DNA of 64,000 bases, taken from Octopus sinensis. Taxonomy: Eukaryota. The notes below the pieces were generated by a model. It had not been told where the DNA came from. It worked only from the letters and a program-made list of their open reading frames with translations, and did no database searches. Positions 51,961 through 64,000 of this stretch are shown here, one piece after another (position 1 is the stretch's first letter; each line of letters opens with the position of its first letter). The stretch is from contig NC_043005.1 in assembly GCF_006345805.1 (NCBI RefSeq), positions 53,320,001-53,384,000 on the forward strand. Direction: 5' to 3'. The position numbers and the translations under genes are program-made.

Positions 51961-52495
51961 TCTGATGCCGTACCAGTCACTGGTTCTCATGGTTTCTGAT
52001 CTTAAGTGATTGGAAATATTATCATCTATATGTTTTATCTTGCTATAAAAGATGAGCTACAGCAAATATTCTGCCCAATACCAAAGATTTGCTTGTCAGT
52101 TGTTTGACCCGAACCAGTTGATCATGTCTTTTGGTGGATGATGATATGTGCATATCTATTCATGAGCAGAAGTAGTCGATATGATGTGGGGGCATCATAG
52201 CTATGTGTTAAAGAGAATTCTTTGGGATCTGAGGATTCACCACTGCAAACATGGCTGTTTCATTCTTCACCCTTAAACAACCCTTATTCAGGATTTGCTA
52301 CTCGACCTGAAGAAAATTTACAACTGGACTTCACTTGCAAGGTAATATACTGTTTATCTTGATATGAGGTCCAACACGTCGCACACATATGGTTATGATG
52401 CATGTGCTTAGTGTACTCTTATCAGACGGGTAGTCTTGATGGGCATATTGATATATTACTATCTCAGTGTCATTAAGATGGCATGCATTATCAAT
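51961..52495. mobile_element. Full-length ~530-bp non-coding element between two (TAA)n arrays
   Basis: Right end matches 1-113; no ORF with recognisable motifs. Confidence 0.7.
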
Positions 52496-52540
52496 AACAA
52501 TAATAATAATAATAATAACAACAACAACAACAACAACAAC

Positions 52541-52587
<47 letters not shown>

Positions 52588-52622
52588 CAATGATAATAAT
52601 AATATAATAATAATAATAATAA

Positions 52623-52655
<33 letters not shown>

Positions 52656-52656
<1 letters not shown>

Positions 52657-53040
52657 TACCTGGATCCTCAACACTTAACACTATCCAAGAAATAGCCCTG
52701 ATAGGGACAACCAGCATCCAGCGCAGAATACTATCAGTTCAATAATATACAAAAAATGCTCCAAGACATTCTATTCAGCAATTAACCAGTGAAATAAACT
52801 TCCACCGGCAAGGTAGATAACCAACGCATCACTCACTCAACTTACAACAGAAGCAGTAATACAGCAAAAGACTGCACCACAGCTTGAGAGAACAGGAAAA
52901 AATAACACATAATACCAGGAAAAGTTTACGCACTCCCAACAACAGATAAGATTACACAGTGCTGTGCACTCCTTAGCCACACAGTGGTTTATCAGTTGAT
53001 GCAGTAGAAACCTGTCTCAAACTACCAAATGCTGAACAAT
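52656..53040 (+). mobile_element. 3' tip of a third R4/Dong-type family
   Basis: Starts at the (TAA)n edge: IPGSSTLNTIQEIALIGTTSIQRRILSVQ* (52656-52745), homologous to IPGNPKMAEVQKIVLMGTAHILRKILSM; 3' UTR unrelated to family A. Confidence 0.65.
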
Positions 53041-53265
53041 TACATATGGCCATTCACGTCGATTCCGGCGTATGAGTGTTCGATAGAGAGGATTTAAAAA
53101 CAAAAACAACTTTGAAAATAAAAGATGTTGCATTTATTTGCAATGTATAGATGAATATAATTTTAGTCCAGGTATGGATTTTGTTACGAAGTCACTACGG
53201 GGATACTGAGGATTTTGATTTTGCTAGGAACTGAGCAAATCTCTCCCTCCCTTTTTTCTCTCTCC

Positions 53266-53360
<95 letters not shown>

Positions 53361-53361
53361 C

Positions 53362-53481
<120 letters not shown>

Positions 53482-53594
53482 ATACGCACTGTAATTAATA
53501 ATATCAGGGTAATAAAGATTTTAGAAATTTTTACTACCTGTGGCCTAGCGTGTAGAAAAATTAGTCAATAGACTATATATTATTTATATAAATA

Positions 53595-53772
53595 CAGTGT
53601 ACATTTAAACACATAAGAGGTATCCGTCATAGGATTCCTCTCACGCTAGAAGGAACAGCTAAAGTCCAAACCATTATTAGGGATAAAAACTCGAAGGTAA
53701 TGAAAAATAAAAACATTTACCATCTGTCTCCTGGATCACGGTTTTTGACCTTTTTTTAGCAAATGCTCACTG
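53595..53772. mobile_element. Tc1/mariner-type MITE (178 bp)
   Basis: TA|cagtgtacattt...aaatgctcactg|TA, TIR match 10/12. Confidence 0.65.
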
Positions 53773-54051
53773 TATATATATGCCCAGGGTTGTCGCTCTT
53801 CGATATCACCCAGTGGGGAAGGCTAGTGGGAGACACTGAGCAAATAATGTTTTTAAAACTTTAATCGTAAGCGAGAATTTTTTCTCGACTGTAATTGCAG
53901 TGAATTTACCTTTCAAGCTAAATATGCCACAGATATATATTACTTAACTAAAGTTCGTTTTTCTCGTATCACCGCTTGGCGCTTATATTACTCTGTGTGT
54001 GTCTGTGTATACACACGCACATAGACACATATATGTAGAAGTATATATAAT

Positions 54052-54083
<32 letters not shown>

Positions 54084-54225
54084 ATATCTATATATATATT
54101 TATAATATATATAATAGTGTAATAAATAAAATATATGCATACATACAAACATATATGTACGTACCTACATCTACATGTATATATACATGCATATATAAAT
54201 ATATATACGTGTGTACAGGACACCA

Positions 54226-54585
54226 CAAATAGACGTAGAACTCAACGAGAAACGAAAACGTAAAAACAGCATGGAACGGACCATTTTTTTAACAACGAAA
54301 AAACAGATTACAAGACAACTACACAAGGAAAAATCCCCTTCATCATATATATATATATATACATATATGTGTGTCTGTGTGTGTGTGTGCTTCACCACAT
54401 ACCAAAAATATAGGAATAGCTGTTTTAACAGCTATTCCTAGATTTTGGAATGTGGTGAAGCAACATTTTGCTAAACCCTTAATTATATCTATAATTGTAA
54501 AAAAAACATTTTGTATAAGTTTTTACCGATAATGGTTTCTTCCATACCGAAGCTACTTGGTAAAATTTATTAATTATTATATAAA
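54226..54585. repeat. Second copy of the two-module repeat (A, hairpin 54389-54461, B)
   Basis: Matches 18905-19045 and 18654-18790; 36/35-bp inverted arms. Confidence 0.7.
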
Positions 54586-54598
54586 TATATATATATAT

Positions 54599-54676
<78 letters not shown>

Positions 54677-54894
54677 AAGAGACTAATCGTGTAGGTTCCC
54701 ATTTCGTCTTATTTTAGGCTCATCATCACGACAACATACGAAGTTTTAAAGTGAGGCCATCTAAAGTAATTTAAGTGTTGAAATAAAAGCTGATCGATTT
54801 TCTTTTTTCTTAACAGTGAAGAAAAGAAGGGATGAATGATTTAGATATAAAGAAAAAAATTGTTACATGGTCCTTAAAAATATTCTGCATGCTT

Positions 54895-55145
54895 GCTATT
54901 TGTCAAGCTCTGGTGGGGGGCAAACAGAAAGACACAAGCACATACACCCATGAACACACACACGTACACATACACACACACACACACACACACTCATGTA
55001 TGGTATGTTCCCGTTTACCAAATCCAGTGACAAGGCTTTGTTCGGCCCGGAGGTATAATAGATGACGCCACATAATTCAGTTCTGCGAAGTGGGACTGAA
55101 CCTGAAACTAGGTGTTTGAGTAAAAATGTTTTTCATCACAATGCC
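54895..55145 (-). mobile_element. Diverged type A SINE
   Basis: ccgtttaccaaatccagtgacaaggctttgttcggcccg..gtgggactgaacctgaaac. Confidence 0.6.
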
Positions 55146-55441
55146 TATACATGCATATGTACACTTCCACACTTTTACAAGTGTATGTATACCTGTACGC
55201 TAACATATATCACACTATTATCTCTCATACAGTTAAAACTTGTGCTCCCTTCAAGACATTGATACACTCCTTTACATCGATGTACACAACTGCCCCGTTT
55301 TCTCTTCTGAACTCCCTCTTCGAAAAACATTCCCACTTAGTCTCAAACCCTTCACACATTTTTTTCTTTCTCACATCCATGCTGCTTCTTTCTTTTCTTC
55401 CTTTTATTTTCTATTTTTTCACTTTTCTTTCTTTCCATCCT

Positions 55442-55480
<39 letters not shown>

Positions 55481-55689
55481 GTTGTTCCTTCTGATGAAGC
55501 ACTTAAGTCCGACATGATAAGACACTTTCATTTCCCATTAAAGCGTTAAGCTAATACCTTATTTGTCAAACTTTGTTTCTCCCCGCAGTCTTTATTAATG
55601 TTTATCGTACTTACACTACTTGAATAAGTATAGGTATACATACATACATAATTCATATATATATATATACTATATATATATGTCGCTTT

Positions 55690-55742
<53 letters not shown>

Positions 55743-57066
55743 CATATACATATATAATATGTATATATATATTTGCATCCCTATATAGTATATATCTTTA
55801 TGTATAAAAACACCACACACACACACGTAATAAGATATATATATTTATATTTGTATATATATATGTACATATTTGTATATACATTTGTAGATATATACAT
55901 ACCTTATACATATATATAATCATATATATATATATATCTATATATATATATATATATATATATATTATGTGTTGTGTGTGTGTGTGTGTGTGTACATAAA
56001 TATATATATTAATATGTATGTATGTATGTATAAAGATTTAAATAAGTTCAAATAAGTTTGAAACATATCTGACTTGTAAAAAGCTGTTTCAGTGAGATAT
56101 TGGCAATAGGGATTAAAAACACCAGCACTCATTTCCTGGTACCCTTTTTGGGGTACGATGGATGCATTTCTAGCTACTTGGCTATAATGATGAATGCATA
56201 TATATGATACTCACAAATAGACACGCACAAACACACACACACACACTCACAGACATACACACACATTCACAGACACACACAAACGTACACACACACAAAT
56301 AAATATATATGCATACATACGTATGTACACATATATATCAAGGTACTTTAGCAAGCTATGTCCGAGATTTTCTGCGAAAATGTGAAACTGCAATTAAACT
56401 GTAATCTCGTTTTCCTTTTTATTAAACATTTCGCTTTTTGTTTCTTGCATTCTTTCCTTTTCTTTCTTTCTTCTTTCCTTTCATCCTTTCTTTTTTTCTT
56501 TCTTTATTTCTTCTTTCCTTTCTTCCTTTCACTCTTCTTTTATTTAAATTCGAAATTGCAATACAGCACAGGTACCAGTGGCTTCATCCCGAAGTGAAAA
56601 TCTTTGAAATAGATTACACTGTCAGGCTGAAACCGGTGATCATTTTTTGGTATTGAACATTCCATTTTCAACAATAAATAGATAAATATGATATATGATA
56701 TGATATGGCATAATATGTATGTATATATATATATATATACACGTGTGAATAAATTTTTTTCATCAACACACACAAACACATATATATATATTATATATAT
56801 ATATATATATATATTTAAAGTATATTGATATATATAATGAATGAATGTTTAAATTGTTTTTTTTTTTCTTAAATACCCATATCTGAAATATTATGCGAAA
56901 TAATCTTGTCTGTGACACCATCAGAATATCTTTTGTTTTCATTCATCAGAAACCTTACAACTGAACTAATTAAATTCTTAATGTTAGGAACAATATATAA
57001 GTATAATTTTTATTGTTAGTCTTGAATATATGTTGTATATGAAGAAAGGTGTAAATATGTGCTGTA

Positions 57067-57098
<32 letters not shown>

Positions 57099-57811
57099 TA
57101 TATAATATGTATGCATGTGTGTATCATAAATGTATGTATATATTTGTGTTTAGATAAATATATATGCATGTGTATATAGATTTTTCACAACTTAAATATA
57201 TTTTATTGTACTAAAAGATGTTTTTTTCTTTTCACACCCCTTAGCTCACTTCTGTCACTTTCTCTCTCTCTCTCTCTCTCTCTCTTTCCATCTCTCTTTC
57301 ATTTTCTCAATCTTTCGTTCCCCCTCCCTCTCTCCCTCTTTCCCTTAAACTATTTATTTATTCATATTTTCCGTTCATTGCTGTTATTGTTGCCATTATT
57401 GTTCCTCAAAAAAAAAAAAAAGATAAAGAAAATTTAGCTATATTTAAAAGTAAAATTTAAAAATAAGAAAAACTTACTGAATAATTGTTTATGTTTATTT
57501 AATTTTTTTTTTCTTTCTAGATATTTTCGACATTGAAGTCTTTCATCATTATATAGTTCATTTAGTTTTTGTCATAAATCTTATGATTTTTTTTTCTTTT
57601 GGTGGTAGCTTAATATTGTTTTGAATTGTTTCTTTTCAATTTACTTGACAGTAAATGAAAAAACCGTAGTCCATTCTTAAAATGAAACATAGATTAATTT
57701 GAAGAAGTCCCATTGTTCTGATTGAAATCTCATTTACATGATAAAAAATTCTTGAAAAAATAATAAGACGGAAACAAAAAATATGCAAAGACTGAAATGA
57801 CAAAAGAAGCT

Positions 57812-57874
<63 letters not shown>

Positions 57875-58143
57875 TATATTGTGTGTGTGTGTAGGTATAT
57901 ATGTATATATGTATATATATATAATATATGCTTGTGTGTGTGTTCGTGTATGCGCGCGAGCATGCTGTGTGTGTGCGTGTGTATATTTTTGCATGTATAT
58001 TTTGTGTGCGTGTAGACATACGAAATTGTATGAAAATTGAGGAAAAGTACTCAATACTGAAATTGCAGTGTGAAATCTATATTAGGCTGAAACATTTGGA
58101 TCCTGTGAATACATATGCATATCTATATCTATATCTATATCTA

Positions 58144-58226
<83 letters not shown>

Positions 58227-58227
58227 A

Positions 58228-58260
<33 letters not shown>

Positions 58261-58520
58261 CTATCTATCTATCTATCTATCTATATATATATATATTTGG
58301 TTTTCAGGTATAGAACTGCAGGTATAGTGGGGAAGTAACGTGCAGTTAAATTACGTATAGATTCACCGATACAACAAATACATCTGCTCATTCGTCTACG
58401 TACTACTGTGACTGGTTCTGAAGACGACGTATAGAGACAATTTCTGCACGTATCACCATATTTATAAATCATACATACATAAACATATATCGATGTACAT
58501 ATATACATAAATATATAATA

Positions 58521-58562
<42 letters not shown>

Positions 58563-58630
58563 ATATATATTATATTATATATATATATGTACACACACAC
58601 ACACACATATATATATATCAATGTATTATC

Positions 58631-58663
<33 letters not shown>

Positions 58664-59069
58664 ATTATAAGTATATATACACACACATATGTATATATAT
58701 ATATTTGTTTTAGTGACAGAATTTCTCAGAAATTAACAAATATATTATGCTGATTGTGTTGCAGACAAAATTATTTCGCACAATTGTATTAGATTTGGAT
58801 AATTTAAGAAAAAACAGTTTAAACTATCATTTTTTTAATTTTCTATATATTTTACTAATACATCCCCCACCCAAAAATTGTTTTGATATATATACGTATA
58901 TAATATTATATATATTAAAACCGATAATTCACATTTCTTAACTCTGTCTTCAATATCTTCGTTATTTTCTTCGCATTTTTCTGTCATATGCCTGCATTAC
59001 TCTATCCTATATATGCCCTCGCCTCTTTGTAGAAACCTGCGCCCACGTGTCAATATATACATTGGTAGG

Positions 59070-59262
59070 TGTTGTGTGGACGCCCCCAGACGATGAAGTA
59101 GGCTAGCCCAATACGTAGATATAGAGCGAGAAGCCTAGACGTCAGGAGGACAGCAGAGAAGAGTAGAGAAGAGTTGAGTAGTAGAGGCATCCGAACGTGT
59201 GTCATAACAGTGGCAACGAGGAAGAGATAGCACCTGCCCCTGTGTAATATTGCGACATAACA
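59070..59262 (+). mobile_element. Miniature or internally deleted LTR retrotransposon relic with PBS and 5-bp TSD
   Basis: GTAGG|TGTTGTG...cataACA-g-tggcaacgaggaagagat...gacataACA|GTAGG. Confidence 0.7.
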
Positions 59263-60814
59263 GTAGGTATATACGTTCGAAAGCATATATCATTATTGAT
59301 GTCAGTCTAACAGAATATTTTTAAAGTTTGTTGTCTTTCACACTTGCTTTAATATTTTTATGAGGCATGCAAATGCATAAACCCCCATTCTTTTTCCTCT
59401 CCTTTTTCAAATCCATCGTACATTAAAACTATTTTATGCTTCCGCTTTTACTTCTATGTCTATATTTGTAGGTATAAGAAATACTTATTTTCATAATTAC
59501 TACGTATTTCGTATAGCTACAAATGATAGACTAATGAAAGTTACAAGTATAAAAATAGATTTAGAGTACAATGCATTAGGAAAATTGCGATCAAATATGA
59601 AAGATATTGGAATAAGAAATAGCTATGGTATCTCCCATATTGAATTGCTATTTTTCGTATTTTCCTTAACTTTTTATACTAGTCTACAGTAGCTTGACAA
59701 AATAGGATCTTCTAGTCCTGTGTTTCCTATATATTCAAAATAAAGGATGTAATGTTGGACTTTGCACATTTACTTCAAAATTGGAGGCATACAGCTCTAA
59801 GTCACGAGATGTGATATATTAGCTTTATTGAATATATGACAGTCAAACTTCGTTATCGAGTTATTTTCCTCCTTCTTATCAACACTAATGTGTATCCATG
59901 CACACATATACATATATATACACAATATTTTGCATATACGTATACATGTAAGTATATAGATGAGTTTCTCGTGTAGACGTGTAGTGAACTACGACTACCA
60001 AAATGAATTCAAATTAAAATAAGCGAAACGGAGATAAAAAAAAAAGAAGTATCTTTTGATAAGTTACCAGATGAGACACATATGTACCTATGACGTACTA
60101 CAACTGTTTGTACAGTATATAATCTGCAAGACACCAGTGCATGGTGAGTCGAAACGATCGTAGTGAATAGTAAATAGTTCCGCGATTTTCCATTTTACTT
60201 CTCTTATATTTTATATATGTACATGAACTGAACCAAATTCTCTACAAGTATTTACAACCACTTAACGTCGTGTATTTCAATTTACTTTTAATGCATTATC
60301 TATCACTTCATTCAACAATCTTATACGTAAGATTATATTTTGTAACAGACGTGAAAAGTAAGCGCACAACATATAATACGCATTATTTAGGTATTTTCAT
60401 CGAGTTGAGCATGCCGAGGTTGAATATAGATGTTTGACAGTGCCACTTGGAGCCTTGCAGTGTATCATCTACAGACTGTTTAATTCCAGAGACTAATCAG
60501 TACATGAATATCATTCAGCTGCCGTCTACTCATTCTTCGACGCCAACTAGGAAATGCCCGACTTGCTTTTACCCTTCCATTTTGTTTTCGAATTATCCCT
60601 ATATTTGAATCAATGGATCATTCCTATCACACTTCGATTCCAATTTCAGTAACATGATATCAGTAAAGGGGTACTGGAATAAATAGATATGAAGTGCCAG
60701 CTGTCTTAACCATAAATGACTTGTCCCATGGCACTGAATGGCGTTCCGAAGAACATCACACCCGTATCTTGGTACGCCATACTAACACAAACAAAGCACA
60801 TATACATACATACA

Positions 60815-60925
60815 AAAATCCCCTGTTGATATTGTTGAAATTCCAATGATGGAGCCTTGGATCTAGGTCAGAAATCGGCTCCTTCTCTTTTGGCAAGAAA
60901 TCTTGAAATAAAACTGAATAATGAC
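60815..60925 (+). mobile_element. 3'-terminal fragment of RLE family B adjoining (CATA)n
   Basis: ttgttgaaattccaatg..ttggcaagaaatcttgaaataaaactgaataatgacat matches 7005-7095(-) and 49485-49570. Confidence 0.7.
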
Positions 60926-61592
60926 ATATTTACATCAACATGGTGTCGAATTTAGATGCGTTGTCTTAGAGGAGTATTTATTGCCCCAGATAATGAATAC
61001 TATCCCCTATAATATTTGTCATTAATAGATAGATACATGTAGATAAAAGAAATAGTTGGTAAAAGAAATAGTTAATTTCTTTGAGAAAATGCAAAGAAAC
61101 GATCTTCTTTTTTTCAAATGGAAAAATTACTCTACCTGCACCATGATGACGAGTGGAACCAAGCCCTATCTACAGAAAGATAGGCTGCATGAAGAAATTT
61201 AAAGAATATTAGGGTAAAAAAATACGCAACATACTCGAATATTCAGCAAAACAATTACACCAACAAGCTATATGTGTTGAAAGGAAATATGTCACATTGT
61301 CAAACAGAAGGACACAGCCAAATTGCATACATACATACATACATACATACATACATACATACATACATACATACATACATACATACGATATAGGATTCGG
61401 TGCTTTAGTAGCTACTGCTAATGATTTGTCATTTACGATGAAATGACGTAATACAATTGACCCGCCTGCCTGTGCTGACAATACAATCAGTGCTATTTAA
61501 CACGTAATATCTATGGGAGGTTTCCCAGGACGGTCATCGCTGTCTACAGAGTTCTGAACAACACAACCAGTTAAGTTGGATGTGCAAATTTA

Positions 61593-61659
<67 letters not shown>

Positions 61660-61662
61660 TTG

Positions 61663-61860
61663 TGATAGCAAATGGCCTAATGCTTAAGGTGCTGCACTCA
61701 TTATCACGAGATCGTGGTTTAAATTCCTGGCCCTGCTGGTGTGTTGTGCTTTTGAGCAAGACAATTCATCTCAAGCAGCCCTGCGAACACTTTGTTAACT
61801 GACCTTTGTTAAACCGTGCAGCTGTTCAGATGACGTCGATTTCATGGAGAGAGTGAGGGA
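61663..61860 (+). mobile_element. Diverged type D SINE
   Basis: tggcctaatgcttaagg head, gtgttgtgcttttgagcaagaca body. Confidence 0.6.
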
Positions 61861-62098
61861 ATGTATTGCACAAACATTTCATCACAATAAACAAATGATT
61901 TTCTTGCAGGTCTTTCATAAAAAATTGAACATTCATAGGTCGTCTTCGATAGGTGATTCTGTCATATTTGTGTATTTGAGCGTATGCGTGTGTGAGTGTG
62001 TGTATGTGTGCGCGTGTGTGCATACATACATACATACATAGATACATACATATATAGATACATATATAGATACATACATAGATACATACATACATACA

Positions 62099-62147
<49 letters not shown>

Positions 62148-62380
62148 ATAGATATTAGATATATATTAAGGTAGGGCATTACTATTAATAAATGCCACGC
62201 TAGGAGGGACTCTAAAAGTCAAACTACCATAATAAATGAGCACATTGTACCGAATGCGAGGGAATGCAACTCTCTTTTAAAAACAGATTCAGCTACAGAT
62301 CACATGATTTCATAATTAGTGCACAAAATGCACTTTTTAATCGTCACACACACACACACACACACATACACACACACACA

Positions 62381-62432
<52 letters not shown>

Positions 62433-62461
62433 GATATATATGCGTATGTATGTATGTATTT

Positions 62462-62672
62462 AAGTGGCTGTGTTTGTCCACCCACCATTGCTTAACACCG
62501 ATGTTGGTGAGTTTACGTCCCCGTACGCTAGCGGTTCGGCAAAAGAGACCGAGAGATTAAGTACTAGGCTTACAAAGGTGTAAGTCCTGGAGGCGTTTTG
62601 TTAAACTAAAAGCGGAAGTCCAGCATGGCTACAGTCAAATCAATGAAGCAAGTAAAAATAAGAGAATAAAAG
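62462..62672 (+). mobile_element. Type A SINE 3' half
   Basis: ccgatgttggtgagtttacgtccccg..gcggttcggcaaaagagaccg..cagcatggctacagtcaaat. Confidence 0.8.
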
Positions 62673-63120
62673 AATATATAAAACTACAGCCGTTATACAT
62701 TCTCAATCGGGTTCGACTTCGTTTCCCCTTATACCGTGGTACACTAATTTCCTTTATATACCCATCTGCTCATGAGTAGGCACAGGCATGCCGTTAGAAC
62801 TTCCCTCGGTGACCGAGCGGAATATTCCAAATTCGACAGCTAGGTGGGGGTAGAGTTCTACATTAGTACTAGGCTAGAACGTTATTTATCAACCAAAACT
62901 GTGGGTGGCGAGGAAAAAGGAAACCCGAAATAAATATTTTTGAAGTTGTAACTACTTTTGCAACATCTACTGCCTCTATTAATGCATAATACAAGGTAAA
63001 ACTATGGTGATTTGATAGATGTATGTAACTAAGCGATATATGCGTCTATATGTATATTCTTGTATTCATGTACGTGTTGATATATATATATCTACATGTA
63101 TCTACCAATTTACCTATATG

Positions 63121-63370
63121 TGATCACCGTGACCGACCAGGCTATCAGATGCTGCTCCACATCGCTGATCACATTGTTTTAGCCTTGAAATGAAGCCACC
63201 CTGCTGGCTGAAGTGAGCAGGCCAACAGAAGAAAGAATGAGAGAAAGCTGTGGCGAAAGAGCACAGCAGGGACCACCACCATCCCCTGCCGTTTTCGCTT
63301 AATAAACACTTACAACGCCCGGCCTGGGAATCGAAACCGCGATCCTATAATCACGAGTCCGCTGCCCTCC
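63121..63370 (-). mobile_element. Type C SINE head/body with a different tail (tail 5)
   Basis: gggaatcgaaaccgcgatccta..gagtccgctgccct as at 29935-29980, but the tail is ..gatagcctggtcggtcacggtgatcac. Confidence 0.8.
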
Positions 63371-64000
63371 ACATTTACCAATATGTAATTATATATATAT
63401 ATATATATATATATACAGAGAGAAAGAGAGAGAGAGAGAGTGAGAACAGAATCTATATTAATTAAATACTCGCATTGTTAAACTCCCACTATTTGTAACA
63501 TTGCAGTAAATCCAACTGAGAGATACTTGGAGGTATTAACATCATCATTAAACGATCATAAAGATAGAATGCATAAAAGAAGAAAGCATATGTTTGACAT
63601 ATAATTCCTATGATCAACAGCTGTTTCATAAGGATGTACACCACCAAATGCCTAATTAAATGATTGTGATACATAAGTAATTTAATTTGAATTAAAATAA
63701 ATTAGATTGATTTGAAATGCCTAAATTTTTAAAGTATATTTACGCAAACCATCAGCACAGTTGTGTTACATTAAATAGAACACCATTATTTGTTTAAATA
63801 CATCGAGATAGATAGAAACATTATAAAGAAGAGAAAAACATCACGAAGATATAAGTAAATATACAAATACAGATATACACATACACACATACATACATAC
63901 ACACATATATACATACACACATATATACATATATACATACATACATACATACATACATACATACATACATACATACATAATATATATATATATATATATA

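Noticed and set aside
55490-55520. CTGATGA-agcac-ttaa-gtcc-GACA (also ctgattga..GAAA-cacttaagtg at ~28935-28970)
   Set aside because: Core too degenerate to call a hammerhead without a family consensus

Overview
64 kb of AT-rich, microsatellite-saturated animal DNA. It is most likely octopus (coleoid cephalopod), judged from the tRNA-derived SINE families and repeat landscape. I recognise no host gene. The only convincing coding sequences belong to transposons: a 5'-truncated R4/Dong-type non-LTR element (RT + CCHC + restriction-like endonuclease) and several further R4-type fragments sitting in (TAA)n or (CATA)n arrays, a Penelope-like GIY-YIG fragment, a frameshifted Tc1-type DD36E transposase and a decayed RTE fragment. 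There are about 30 SINE copies from four head/body types with exchanged tails, three Helitron-like elements, several MITEs and a TSD-flanked miniature LTR relic. The most interesting signal is a set of fold-back and tandem repeats carrying minimal hammerhead-ribozyme cores (Penelope pseudo-LTR or retrozyme-like). These include a ~345-bp unit with end-to-start junctions and a 123-bp near-perfect palindrome with a hammerhead core on each strand. Almost all ORFs in the supplied track are microsatellite artefacts. Identities and many boundaries are estimated by eye.
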